A stretch of DNA of 63,309 nt, the filler included, from Octopus bimaculoides (Eukaryota): the NCBI RefSeq assembly GCF_001194135.2. It is 7 parts of 5 records of this genome, joined end to end, with 100 filler letters (N's around TTAATTAATTAA, not from the genome) between each part and the next. Parts side by side here need not be neighbours in the genome. Positions count along the whole stretch, not along the records: positions 1 to 19,885 come from NC_068990.1; positions 19,986 to 26,373 come from NC_068986.1; 5 more parts are not named here. The stretch is one strand, 5' to 3'. Position 1 is the stretch's first letter. Every line of letters begins with the position of its first letter. The position numbers and the translations under genes were made by a program. This document shows, piece after piece, positions 13,447 through 26,373 of this stretch. The notes under the pieces were generated by a model. That model did no database searches, had not been told where the DNA came from, and saw only the letters and a list, made by a program, of their open reading frames with translations.

Positions 13447-13485
<39 letters not shown>

Positions 13486-14420
13486 TCTATCTATTGATTG
13501 ATACAACTGGTCACTATATATAAAGTCCTTTACTCTTTGCTCTTCTATAATTTTGAAATATATGTTTCTTTTAGTATATATATTTAAAGCGGTGGTACAC
13601 TATCCTATCTAAACTTTCTTCCTTGTTTAAAGTCATATGTCAATTTTAGCTGCTCTTGGCTTAAAAATACCGATACTTTTGGAAACAGTAGAGTTGGAAT
13701 AAGATGATGTTATGCCTCTTTTAGAATATTATTATAGTAGGTGAAGTAGTGAATATCGAAACCTGGTCGCTGTCTCGACTTGTCAAGCTTACCGTTTGTC
13801 TGTAGCGCATGCAATAGCTACATTAAATTATTTGAGTTTTTGTAGTGTAGTAAGGTTATTTGGTTTTTTAATTTGAAAAATGATGAATATATGGTTTAAA
13901 TTTATATATCACAAGTGTAAAACCTCCAGTGCCTCTACTAGCTGTTAATCTCGTGTTATTGATGTAAATATTCAATGTTGTACGCAGGCGGGTGGTTTTT
14001 TCATACCGCAGTTCCAAATTGATTAGGAAAGCGAAATTCCTGCTACTACCTTGCAAAAGAACTATTTCCGGAGTTCAATGTCGTATCTACCAGTATAAAA
14101 TAACAACCCTGAAAGTCTTTAACATAATTGCAAGAGAACTTTTTTCATAAACTAATTGACATTTGTTTTCTATTTTTTTTTTTTGTGTTCAGATGCTAAG
14201 ATTTGAAACAAAAATCTCGATGCTAGAATATCAGCAGATGAAAGCACTTAAATTAACCGTGCCATTTACTTTTCCTCGACAGAATGGAATATATGTGTTT
14301 GTACGTGCTATTTATATCAACCCTTCCGTCTTTTACAGAGATTTTCTTTCTCAACAATGGAAACTGGAGAAATCCGTACTTTCAGTGTAGCTCCCTATTT
14401 TTCGGCATCTGAAACCTATG

Positions 14421-14466
<46 letters not shown>

Positions 14467-14813
14467 TACATGCGCGCGTGTGCAGAGGCACCTCTTCAGA
14501 CAAGCACATAGACACATACACGTACGCATAACAACATCTACAAGCACAGATAATTATAAGCGCATACAGAAGTGATAATACAATTTTTTCAAAGAGAGGC
14601 AAACTAAACATGCTATTGTTGTCATAGTTTGTAATAAACCTGATTGATCTACCTTTAAGTTACCTATTTTCAGTAAAAGTAAATGTTGGGGGTAATTTGT
14701 TGTTTCTCACTTTGTATGCAAAGTTTTACCAAAATATTTTAGGTCTTTTGTTTTTTATTTATTTATTTGAAGCTGAAACTAAAAGATTTCGAGAAATCTA
14801 GTATTTCTTTCCT

Positions 14814-15252
14814 GTGGAGGCGCAATGGCCCAGTGGTTAGGGCAGCGGACTCTCGGTCACAGGATCGCAGTTTCGATTCCCAGACCGGGTGTTGTGAGTC
14901 TTTATTGANNNNNNNNNNGCAGTTTCGATTCCCAGACCGGGTGTTGTGAGTCTTTATTGAGCGAAAACACCGAAAGCTCCACGAGGCTCCGGCAGGGGAT
15001 GGTGGTGAACCCTGCTGTACTCTTTGACCACAAATTTCTCTCAATCTTACTTCCTGTTTTCTGTTGTGCCTGTAATTCAAAGGGTCAGCCTTGTCACACT
15101 GTGTCATGCTGAATATCCCCGAGAACTACGTTAAGGGTACACGTGCCTATGGAGTGCTCAGCCACTTGCACGTTAATTTCACGAGCAGGCTGTTCCATTG
15201 ATCGGATCAACTGGAACCCTCGACGTCGTAAGCGACGGAGTGGCAACAACAA
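14814..15252 (+). mobile_element. Full-length SINE group A (head artefactually duplicated across a 10-N gap)
   Basis: Near-identical to 9005-9390; TSD agtattt(c/a)tttcc. Confidence 0.9.
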
Positions 15253-16094
15253 GTATTTATTTCCATTATAGACTTGCAAATATTACTATAAAGTATTCGA
15301 GCTTGCATATTAACGTTTTATCAAAAATCATCTACGCCTTCTTTCCTTTGCAACAGTAACATCCTTGACCAGATCTCTGCATATCTTCACAAATTGCAGA
15401 ATATAATTAATGCAATCCAATTCCAATTTTCACACACTTTTCTTCTTTTTAACCAATCGAATTATGGCACAGACCAACTCCATACTATATCATTCCTACG
15501 ACAGTCATACTACTATTCATATCTCTTCATCCAGCTCGTATAATTTATTACGCAATCTTAACTTAGCTTATTGCATTTTTAAAATATATTCAGTCTTTAT
15601 CATTCATGACATAGTTTTAACCTAAAATAATAGACGGCAAAGAAGTATTTAAGGAGGTTTACAGAAAAATATAAACCTATTTTTTAGTTTGATACGATAT
15701 ACGGAGAAATATAAAGAAAATGCATTGCGTCTATTCTCTTTCTATGGAAAATTATACCAAAATTACCAAATTATGTATTTTCACTGTAACCTTCCATCGT
15801 TACGTTCTTTTGAAAAGGTCCTACTATATACCTAATATCTTTTGTATTTTCTATAAGTGATAAATACATTTTCAAACTTAAGCTAGTACTGAATCAAATT
15901 AAGAACTTACATATGCAAGTGACTTCGTTTGCTGCTCTCTATATTGATTATATTTTCATTTGCTTGTTTATTAAGTTCTTGTTCTGCATTTCTCAGTTTT
16001 ACAAATAATTATCTTTGTTAAACGATTACTCATCTATTCGTTTTCTCAATGTACTCATGATGCATAGTACTAGCGTTATTATAGTCGCACTTAC

Positions 16095-16167
16095 GTAAAT
16101 ATATCTATATATGAAACCATCTATCACTTCTTCTTTAAGTAACTCATAACCAAGGCACCACATATCT
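16095..16167 (-). CDS. Candidate internal exon of an unidentified gene (DMWCLGYELLKEEVIDGFIYRYIY)
   Basis: ttttattatttcag acceptor, open frame, GTAAGT donor; no recognisable homology. Confidence 0.25.
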
Positions 16168-16493
16168 CTGAAATAATAAAATTGAAGCTCATACTGTTTC
16201 GCAGATCCCAGCTTAGGTGTCCGAGGTTGTTTCTTGATCAACCAAGAAATAATGGTATTTACAACATAACTCCTGAATCATTCTTGCTATATATGGAAAT
16301 GAGAATAACAAGTTAATCAACTGTAGCCATCAGTAGCTTTTTGGATTATTTTTGTTTAATATCTTTTCTGCTTATTCATATCTGCATATTTGCGCTAAAG
16401 ATACACTTCACGGCACGATCTGGATTTAAATAGGTTCTACTTGAAATTCAGTTTCTCGCTATAGTACCAAAAGAAGTTAATGACTAGCAAATA

Positions 16494-16536
<43 letters not shown>

Positions 16537-17088
16537 TGAGAGAGCAGTGCATACTATCAAAGTAAAACTGGGGTAAAATATACGAAGCCCAGTATACCCA
16601 TCATGACTACCCATCTGATAAGGGTACACTAGGCACATGCATCACAACCATATGTGCGCGACATGATGATCTCATATCAAGATAAACAACGCATGACGTT
16701 GCAGGTGGATCCCAGTCAGAATTTTGTTCAGGTCAAGTAGCCCATCTCGTTCAAAAGGTCACTGAACAAGAGTTGTTTGAGTATGTTTAACGAAACACTC
16801 ATGCTACTAAAGGTGAATTATCCAAACCCCAAAGAATTCCTCTCAAGACACGGCTACGATGCTCCCCTACTACTTCTGCTCGTGATCAGAGATGCACATA
16901 ACATCAACCACTAAGGGTCATGCTCAACTGTTAAGGTCAAGCAACTGACAAGCGAATCTGTAGTACTGAGCAGAATATTTGCGGTAGCTCATCTTTTATA
17001 CCAAGACAAAACGATGTACGTGATAACACTTCCAATCAGTTAAAATCAGAAGCCATGAGAACCACTGCCTGGTACTGCATCAGTGTAT
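16537..17088 (-). mobile_element. About 550-bp non-coding interspersed element embedded in (TAA)n
   Basis: (ATT)n on both sides; internal part recurs at 51365-51535; no ORF, no TIRs. Orientation is inferred. Confidence 0.75.
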
Positions 17089-17097
17089 TTATTACTA

Positions 17098-17156
<59 letters not shown>

Positions 17157-19099
17157 GCAATATCCCCAGAAAGGACTCGAATCCACTCAAAGGATTAAAA
17201 CTCGGAGATAGGTATTCGTTTCCGTAGAGTTAATATATCTAATCCCAGCCAATGGTGATGGAAACATATGCTAAGCGAAGTAATTGGCTCCGTTTAACAC
17301 ACTTACTAAAATAAATGTCATATTGATCAGTTGACTCACTGTGATGACTAACTCCGTTCATATCAATATATGTGTATTAGAATCTCTGTGTGTATTATAG
17401 ATACATTTGCATTATAATCTATTGTCTTGCGGTATCATGGGTTATTGCATTAGATATATTTATTATCTGCGGCAGTATTGTGGAAAATGTTTCCATATTA
17501 AACACCATTAGACATTGTTCTTAATATGCGACAGTTTTTCAGATTTCAATTTCATTTTCAATTGAACAATTTGCATAGTCATTGCTTAAGTGATTAAATT
17601 TAAGATATGTATGAAATTTACATAAATTCTCAATTGTTTTAAGAACGTAATTGTTTATACAAGCAGCATGGAAATATTATTTGTCTATCGGGATAATGTG
17701 ATTTTTATCTTTGTTGAAAGTATAGCTCAATTGGTTTCGAAACCTCAATTAATCACATAATACTTCTTAAGAAGCTGCAAATATTCCTTAAGAAAATACA
17801 AAGGAGCTGACCTTACCGTATGTACATAGTGACTATTGTTTAACTGTACAAGCAGCCTGCATAACAGCGATACTCTATTCTGATAACAGCAGCATGAGTT
17901 ACAGTATTCTGAATGAGCATAATGCTAGTCGATTGGCAAATAAGTTAAATTCTATCATCTCTGATACTTGCATCCAAGAATAAGGAATATACATATTTCT
18001 AAACAATTATCTATAAATAAGTGGTGTAGTTAGAAACTGTTCAACAATGCAAATAGTGTGAGAGCTTTATTCGGGCTTTGAGATAGATTTTGTTAGTCTG
18101 TAATACTGAGTTCAATTCCTGCTGTGAACATAGCATCAAAAAAGATTTCACCCCCAGAATAAAGTTCCAGATCACTTTGGTTAAGTTTCAAAGATTAAGC
18201 GATATTCCCTGCTGTCCATGAGAGAGGATCAATTATTTCTGGTAGAATCAATTTCACCTTCACCATCACCCAGTCTTTTGTTAATATAGGAAGAAGAGCA
18301 ACAGAGTTAGTTCGTGCCCTTTTTTTAATCAAAGACAAACGTCACATTTGTTCTGAAATGTTTGTGATGAGAAGAGGACGTTTTGTAGTTCCATATTCTC
18401 TCCAGATGCATTTTGCATCTCCATGCATTAAGTTTACTACGTGACCAGCTTTCATGTTGATGCGTCTTTATCTTACAGTGCGTCTGTTAATAGTATTTAA
18501 CACTTTTACTGTTATTAGCCAAAACGTAACAGCAGCCGTTTCGTTTTACGATTTTCTGAAACTGTTGAAATGATTCACTGTCTACTTGTATAAGTATATT
18601 GTTAATGATGGCTGTTCTCATTTACCTTGTTGTTTTGGCAGTGGCAGTGACGTTAGTAGTAGTGGTGGTAGTGACAGCGATTGTGGTAGTAGCAGTTGTG
18701 GTGGTTGTGACGGAGCAATCTCATCACGTTCCTGATACACACTAATATCGTTATTCTTCTTTATTGTACTGTCCATGAGAAATATTTAAAAATTGAATAA
18801 ATTCCAGTTTGACGCGTCACCTTTTCTATTGTTATTTGTTTTGTGATTACCGTTGCCTTTGTTGGTTTTTTGCTTCGGTATAAGGAGACCACAGTGACTT
18901 TTATCAATTCTCACTTGAAAAGTGAAAATAGATCGAGGTATCTTCCACAGTGATAGCTCACCGCCTTTATTTTTAATCCCACTCTACCTAGAATTATGAA
19001 ATACAAAAGCTGCATACAGCGTAGGAAAACATGAGAAAGCAGTTAGCTATTTGTTTTTCATAGATGACCGAAATCTATGCAACAAGACTGTGAACGGAT

Positions 19100-19445
19100 T
19101 GGACACCCTTTTCAATTGAGAGCATGTTTAGCAACGGTATCAAAATGGAATATGGTGTTACCAAGAGTGAAGAAAAGAAAATACTATATGAGAGATCAAT
19201 TAAATTTAACGAACGAGAAGAAACTGGAGATCCATACAGATTATGAATATAATTATCTAAAGAGTGTACCTGAAGGTCAAAGAGAATTATAAAAGCCAAA
19301 TTCAGTGGAATAATTACCATCATTGCCATAAACTCAAAAGCCATATCCAACAGATGCAGAATAGTCAAATGAACAAAGTAAGATCTTGAGAAAGTTGATA
19401 AAAAGACAGCAAGGAAATCGCTGACAAGGTACAGCGCCCACAGCG
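19100..19445 (+). mobile_element. Highly degraded R4/NeSL-like RT C-terminal fragment
   Basis: NGIKMEYG..., KFSGIITIIAINSKAI, DLEKVDKKT.RKSLTRYSAH parallel the 33081-33494 peptide (KLNGWNKIEAINTWAV...LDRNTRKLLTRYGSLHPK). Confidence 0.65.
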
Positions 19446-19929
19446 GTAAAAGAAGTACGTTACTGACTGTGAAGAGGCATTTTAATAGCAGTAAGACGTG
19501 AAAATATGTTAGCTGATGAAAGACGAAAAAAAAAAATGTCGGGGGCAGTTCTCGGAGCTAGAAATCAACGATTTAACCAAAACACTTCACGTAGAAATGT
19601 TTTCAAAGTTTTGATGTGTATCAAGATCAGAAATCCTTTCAATGGCTAAAGAAAGTAATGTTAAAAAATAGAAAACGAAGGCTTGATCATAGTTGCATAG
19701 GGTCAAGCAATCAGAACGTCTGGCCGTAAAGCCTTTTCTGTTTGTTTTCCTGTTTTGTTTTTTGTCCGCCACTACATTCCTCCATGGTAAGATTTAATTT
19801 GTGTATACAAATTTAATTTGCGGTCCATGGGAAGAGCTGTTTTAACGATGCGTCCTGCCCAGCTCTTCGAAACGCCTGTGTTAAANNNNNNNNNNNNNNN
19901 NNNNNNNNNNNNNNNNNNNNNNNNNNNNN

Positions 19930-19941
19930 TTAATTAATTAA
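19930..19941. other. Artificial TTAATTAATTAA gap linker (also at 26418, 32087, 37285, 60180, 62237)
   Basis: Centred in 44N+12+44N = 100-bp gaps; stops in all six frames. Confidence 0.92.
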
Positions 19942-20197
19942 NNNNNNNNNNNNNNNNNNNNNNNNNNNNNNNNNNNNNNNNNNNNAGTCAGAAACAATAC
20001 ATGCGGAATTTTATGATTATTCGAAACACTGTAATTTTCTTTACTCGTGAAATTTCCCCAACACTGACAGATAGAACGATGATAATAAATGTAACAACTA
20101 CAAATTAAATAAAAAAAAAACATCAACAAATAAAGAAGGACCACACACAAATAAATACAACGCCCACTAAAACAGCATCATCATAAATCACATTAAC

Positions 20198-20198
<1 letters not shown>

Positions 20199-20266
<68 letters not shown>

Positions 20267-20296
20267 AATAATGATAATAACAATAATAATAATAAC

Positions 20297-20339
<43 letters not shown>

Positions 20340-20355
20340 GTAATAATAATAATGA
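20199..20355. repeat. (TAA)n microsatellite
   Basis: Visible. Confidence 0.95.
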
Positions 20356-21411
20356 AGATAAGATAACAATGTTGATGATGATATGAATGACAAGGGTGGA
20401 GATGATGTTGATGGCCATTGTAATATTAGCGAAATGGACAATTAAATACTATTGAAGCAAATTAATAATATTAGGGTAATGTTGCAAGCTATTCGAATCA
20501 AGAAGCGATGTAATGTTTGAAAGGAGAGAAATGCCTAATCACCTGAACGCTAATCTTGATTTTTACTGTCTATTGAGTTGACGTTCAAATCAGGATATGC
20601 GCCGGCATATACTGCGGACGAATATGTACAGCAGGTCTTACCTTCCCATTTTTTCAATATGCTTGGTAATTATACATGTCTGTATGCTTGTGTAAATATG
20701 TATGTCTCTGTGCATACATATGCACATATACATATATACAGGCAGGTAAAAAGGCATTTATCGTATATCATAGTGTCAAGCTTTAGGCATTATTTTCGCT
20801 TTCAGTAGATACCATACCACCTATAAAGCGAACAGGAGGCCACTCCATCGCAGGGTTACTCATCTACAGGTATGTGAACAGGAGCCAGGTGCAATGAAGA
20901 GATTTACTTAAGAGCATCGTAATCCCTAGGCTTCGCTGTGCCTCGTGCGTGTGGGGATGCGAACGCGCAAATGTAAATGTAAATGATTGCGTAAACGGAT
21001 GGTGACATTTAGCAGGAATAATATTCAGTGCCCTTCGCTAAACAAACAAAAAATAAACGCCTGTATGTCGCTCGGCTTACGTAGATAATTGAAGTTTAGG
21101 TGAAGTAATTTCCACCAACTAAATTTATAATAAATCTTAATATAGAAAAAAAAATGGTTGGTTATAAATTATTAGCTACTCTCGTTGCAAAAGTCTGAAA
21201 TATAGATCCTTATATTCTGATATATGAAGTGTTAATGAAAAGATTTTTATTGCTTCTAAAAAACGTAGGTTTAGTTAATTAACTGAACAGGTGACAATGG
21301 TTAACGAGGGTCTGTAGGTGGAACGTTCCGCTGGCAAAGACTATTTCAGTCTTTGGCACATGGAGGCGAAATGTGTGGGCCAAGTGATGTAACGTTTGTG
21401 ACCTTGAGATG

Positions 21412-21418
21412 ACTGATG

Positions 21419-21482
<64 letters not shown>

Positions 21483-21530
21483 CGACGACGATGACGACGA
21501 CGACAACAATGATGATCATGATCATGATGC
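21412..21530. repeat. (GAT)n/(GAC)n microsatellite
   Basis: Visible. Confidence 0.95.
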
Positions 21531-22649
21531 AGAAGGGATTTTGACATGCGTTCAGCAGATGAACACAAGTAGCATCTGACTAGGTACTGAAGTTTAGTTT
21601 CTGCGTCGGTCAAACACGTCTGCTGTATATTTCTCCTGTAACTTGATGAGTACAAATAGATATCGCTTTGCTGTGAGAGGACTAAGGAAAATTTGAGGCA
21701 ATGTTCATGACTAGACGAAATGAAGACGTAACGCACGGCTGGAATGAAGCAATCCCAAGAGCCTAGGGACTTTACCGAATGTTTCAATAATTCTCTGTAT
21801 ATCCTTTGGAATTGAAATTGTATTCTAGGCTATGCAGTGGTAGAGGACCGATATCTCTGTAAGAGAGATGTATGAGAACAAGTTTTACATTATATCGGTT
21901 TCTGTAAAAAGGAGTAGCCAGCTCAGCTGAATGCTCTCTGTTGAAATTAGCGGATGGTTATACTATCGAGTGTTACTCATAACTCATATTTTTATTTCAC
22001 AAATCGGAAGCACGATGAACAGGTAGAATCATGGGCAGAAATGGCATTTCTTCCACTTTCAAACTCTACCCATTTTGACTTCTTGATAAATGAAGATGTA
22101 CTGAAACACTGGGGTCGTTGAAGCTGACTATCATCTGCTCCATAGGAGTTTTAGGTGTGGTAACTAAGGCAGAAAAAAGTGTTTACTAAATCGGTGATTG
22201 ATGTGCACAATGAGATTCCAATATTTTGTTATTTTAATTTCTGTCCGTTTAATTCTAATTAAACAAATTAATTGAGATTTACTTGACTTAAAAGTGGACT
22301 ACATGTTATTAATTTCTGATTATTTGTTAATAATATTTCTTTTGTAATTAATCTATTCATAATTTCTATCACGAATGATGACGGTAGTGATGATGCTGAC
22401 ATCGACGACAAGAAGTTCAAGGACAACAACCGCAAATATAACACCGATCATATAACTAACAACAACAAGAGCAACAACAATACAAATCAAATATTCTAAT
22501 CGCCAATGATATACGACTGAATCAGACGAAAGTGTTGCAGAAGATGTGTGGGTGTATATCTATATAAATGATGTAGGTTTCCTAAAAAGTGTGGTTCAGC
22601 GTGAATATGGAAGGTGAGAGCCAACGTCAAGCTACTACAGCATCACCTC

Positions 22650-22685
22650 GTAGTTGTTGTTGTTGTTGTTGTTCTTCTTCTTCTT

Positions 22686-22781
<96 letters not shown>

Positions 22782-22783
22782 TT
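22650..22783. repeat. Compound (GTT)n(CTT)n(ATT)n microsatellite
   Basis: Visible. Confidence 0.95.
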
Positions 22784-23048
22784 ATGTTTGACTTGTGCTT
22801 TGCATTTGTACAAGTTGGATCCAAGTCTCACCCCGAGACCTAAAGAGACAACAAGTTAGAAGTTCATGTAGGTGTTATGCCTAGGGTACCATATATTTGA
22901 ATTTGTACAGTGTTCTAGAGAATGTTTTAAAATTTGAGATCACATAGACAGTATTTTACGTAGGATATGGGCAGTTCCCATGAGCACTATCTTTTGAACT
23001 TCAGCCATTTTGGAGTTTCCTGGTATCTGAGCTAGGTAGTAATCAGCA

Positions 23049-23200
23049 TTATTATTATTATTTATTGTCTTTGCAAAGCTTCTAACGCTGGAGATGTACT
23101 CCGGTGTCATCTGTTCCCTACCTGTGAACTAAGGTAACACCTCTTATTTTTCGAGCACCTTCCGGAGTATTCGATCGGTTCCAAGCAGTGCTGTTTTATT
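23049..23200 (-). mobile_element. 3' terminal fragment of the R4/Dong-like LINE family at 32143-34455, with (TAA)n tail
   Basis: gtgaactaaggtaacacctcttatttt...gagcacct shared with 32154-32190; adjacent (ATT)n. Confidence 0.8.
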
Positions 23201-23204
23201 ATTA

Positions 23205-23410
23205 GGCGGCGAACAGGCGAAATACTTAATAGGACAGGCTAAATACTTAGCGAAATTTTATCTTCACGCTCTGAGTTCAAATTCCACCGAGTTTGCCTTT
23301 CCTCCTTTCGGGATCCATAGGGTAAGTAACAGTTCAGAACAAGGATCGGTGTAATCGACTATTGCCCCTCCCCTCAAAACGTTTCAGGCCTTGTGCATAT
23401 CGTAATGAGG
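23205..23410 (+). mobile_element. SINE group C
   Basis: ggcggcgaacaggc...ctctgagttcaaattccaccgag...tttcaggccttgtgc. Confidence 0.75.
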
Positions 23411-23557
23411 ATTGTCATTATTATTGCTATTAGTGATGGTATACTATTACTAATAATATTAATGGCAAAATCAATAATGACGATGACAGCGACGATATTG
23501 TCGGAGATAATGATGACAATAATGCCCATCAACATCATCATCAACATCATCCTTATC

Positions 23558-23791
23558 ATTATTATTATTATTATTAAGAAGAAGAAGAAGAAGAAGAAAA
23601 AGAAGAAGAAGAAGAAGAAGAAGAAGAAGGAGGAGGAGGAGGAGGAGAAGAAGAAGAAGAAGAAGAAGAAGAAGAAGAAGAAGAAGAAGAAGAAGAAGAA
23701 GAAGAAGAAGAAGAAGAAGAAGAAGAAGAAGAAGAAGAAGAAGAAGAAGAAGAAGAAGAAGAAGAAGAAGAAGAAGAAGAAGAAGAAGAAG
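23558..23791. repeat. (ATT)n then long (GAA)n microsatellite
   Basis: Visible; source of the poly-K and poly-L pseudo-ORFs. Confidence 0.95.
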
Positions 23792-24902
23792 CATTTAGAT
23801 GTGGATGCTAATTTAATCGATCACTTTCATAATAACCAGTCGTAATGGACGATAAAATAACGTTTAATTGTAACCACTCTCCGAAGAAATATAAATGGCG
23901 CTATGAAATCTTTTCTCATAACCTCACAAGGTTTGGGAATTGGTCGTATTTATTTTATTTCATTTTATTGTAATTAATACTTTTTTGCGTGTTTTGATAG
24001 TATTTCTAATTATATGTTTTTTTTTATTTATTTTATTTTCGAAATATTACGTTTTCCTTATGTTCGTCTCATTGTTCTTATACAAATTTTGGATATCATT
24101 AACTAAAAAACATTCATGTGTGGGTGGATGTGTAAAGGTTCATGTCCTAATGGACAATGGGTCGAGTAGGTTCCACGCTCAAGAGGCCAGGGGTTCAATT
24201 CCTTGATGAAGGTGAATGGCCTAGACGATAGCGCATTCCATTCGCGATCGCAAGATCACGGTTTCTTATTACTGGCCATGCGGTGCATTATTTGATCTAC
24301 ACGCTTCATTTAAAATCGCTTCCCTCCCGAATACAGCAAACATCACTGTAAAGGAGTAGTGTTCTGCCCAAGGGTCCTTTTGTGACCTAAATCACTCATA
24401 ACCGATCTATGGAGAGTTAGAAGTGAAGACAATAATATCCAAGGTATATTATTTACTTTTATTTTCCTTTTCTTCATCGGCGAGCAAGTTGTGTCTCTGG
24501 CCATGACACACTTCTTCGCTTCTTCTATTCGACTCAAAGTGAATGGTATTTGATAACTAGCGCAAATCTTCCTCCCACGTCGGCCGTCAGATCCTTTCTG
24601 TTACGCTGCGTGAAGGACAGCGTATCCCGGATATGTCATTATCGACTGAAACTTTATAAGCCAGTGCGATGTATAAACACTCGTAAGATCTCAGTCACAC
24701 AAAACAGTCTTTGAGAATTAAAAATAATATCATGTAGAACAGATATAAATGCTGAATGGCAGATTGCTTTTAGCGTCTCAGCTTTTACTAATTTCAGTCA
24801 TTGCACAACAGTCATGCTGCAGCACGGCCTTGGAGCATTTACTTGAAGAAATCCAATTTGATAAATTAGGAGTCAGAAGCAAAGCAGCATCAGGCGACGG
24901 GA

Positions 24903-24979
<77 letters not shown>

Positions 24980-25029
24980 AACATACAAACATCTGCCACA
25001 TTCATTCATAAAGCAATAAGTCGCCCAGT

Positions 25030-25140
25030 TCTATAGTCATAGATACACCTGCCGAAGATACTGCGCCTAAGAACTGAACCCGAAACCATATGGTTGTGAA
25101 GCGAAGTTGTGAACCACACACACATCACTGCGTCTCCTAT
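25030..25140 (-). mobile_element. SINE group B head (degraded)
   Basis: Reverse complement resembles 60286-60390. Confidence 0.65.
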
Positions 25141-25855
25141 TTAACGTGTGTTTTATTAACAGCTGTTGCTTTCAATCTTCATATGAAAAGCATTTTTGTT
25201 GCTCTAGTATTCTAAAAGGTAAGACACACTTTCAAAGAAAGAACGTATAAGAATGGAGATCAACCAAACTCTAACAATAAATCTTTGCGCAAGAATATAA
25301 TAAATTAACGAAATTCCAAAATTCGTCATCCGTAGAGATTACAATAGGTTGTAACTTCAAAATAGTATTAAGTTGTAACGTCAAAACGAATACACATATT
25401 AAATCAATCCACTAAGATTTAGTTATTACAATCAACTCTAAACACAGAAAGTAGATTCTTCGAAAATTTGTTTCTAATTTCAGAAAGCGATTCTGAAAAT
25501 GATTACAACGAATCGTCATTCAAACGTAATTTCTGGTACGAAGTGGCTTCAGATGAATTTTGTTCTAAACATTCAAACACAAATCGAAAGCCTCATAACG
25601 ATCAGCTACGTGGTTTAAAACGCAGCTCTCAAGAAAATTCAGTACCACCACATGCGAAACATTCACAAATCCCATTCTCTGTAATATGACATTGAAATTA
25701 AAACACTAATAGACCAAGTTAGCTGCTAGAATCTGTCTTCAAATGTTGGAGTCGTAACTCATCAGTGATTAAAGTTGTTCAGTAAACGATCATGGATGAG
25801 AACATAAAACGTATAATTTAGCTGACAAAACGAGCAGCGAAACATCTCAAAAGTA

Positions 25856-26373
25856 CGTGGGTGAGTTAAAAAGTAATGCCATTTTGCTTAGGACAGGTAT
25901 AATTACCAACACAGGAACATGTATCATGCATCCAAATTAAGTTGGTCCTCTGTGGATCACATCCCTATACTCAACATAGTCACTGTTTCTCTCAATAGCA
26001 ATGTTCCACCTCCGAATGAGAGCATGTATCCCTACCCGTCAAATTTTGTTGACTGTTCTTTGAACCATTTTTTCACTACAGTTTTCACTTCTTCGTCACT
26101 GGAGCAAGTTTGCTTCTCAAACCCTCTTCCATGGGGCCGAATAGATGATAGTCTGAAGGCGCTAAATCTGCTGAGTATGGAGGTAGTGAAGAAGTGTCTC
26201 AAAGAACAGTCAACAGAATTTTACGAGGCAGGGATACATGCTCTCATTCGAAGGAAGAACATTGCTATTGAGAGAAATGGTCTCTCTGGTAAGGAGTAGG
26301 GACGTGATCCACAGCCACAGAGGACCAGCTTCATTTTGATGTATAATAAATGTTCATGTCTTGGCAATTATAC
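25856..26373. mobile_element. Fold-back mariner derivative made of two inverted 3' ends of a transposase
   Basis: TA then cgtgggtgagttaaaaagtaatgcc TIR; minus arm GPMEEGL..SSDEEVKTVVKKWFKEQSTKF..GIHALIRRWNIAIERNSDYVE; plus arm EVVKKCLKEQSTEFYEAGIHALIRRKNIAIERNG; right end runs into the gap. Confidence 0.85.

Noticed and set aside
14193-14400. Strong acceptors at about 14192 and 14338 with short open frames
   Set aside because: No convincing donor and no recognisable peptide; T-rich tracts give such acceptors by chance
14860-14960. Tandem duplication of the SINE-A head
   Set aside because: Identical sequence either side of a 10-N gap indicates unmerged contig overlap
18190-18480. About 90-codon minus-strand frame with a single stop
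   Set aside because: No recognisable motif or splice signals; compatible with chance or an unidentifiable old TE
19825-19880. 9-bp hairpin gaagagctg/cagctcttc followed by GAAAC
   Set aside because: Upstream ccatgg does not match the CTGANGA core
19886-19985. Recurrent TTAATTAATTAA islands (six in the window) that might look like a conserved motif or spacer array
   Set aside because: Placed at the centre of fixed 100-bp gaps; a synthetic six-frame-stop linker
22525-22613. Frame ESVAEDVWVYIYINDVGFLKSVVQREYG ending at AG|GTGAGA
   Set aside because: No polypyrimidine acceptor; unsupported by neighbouring exons
23393-23845. Poly-K/E ORF; likewise poly-H at 21341-21787 and poly-L/Y at 20188-20441
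   Set aside because: (GAA)n, (GAT)n and (TAA)n microsatellites
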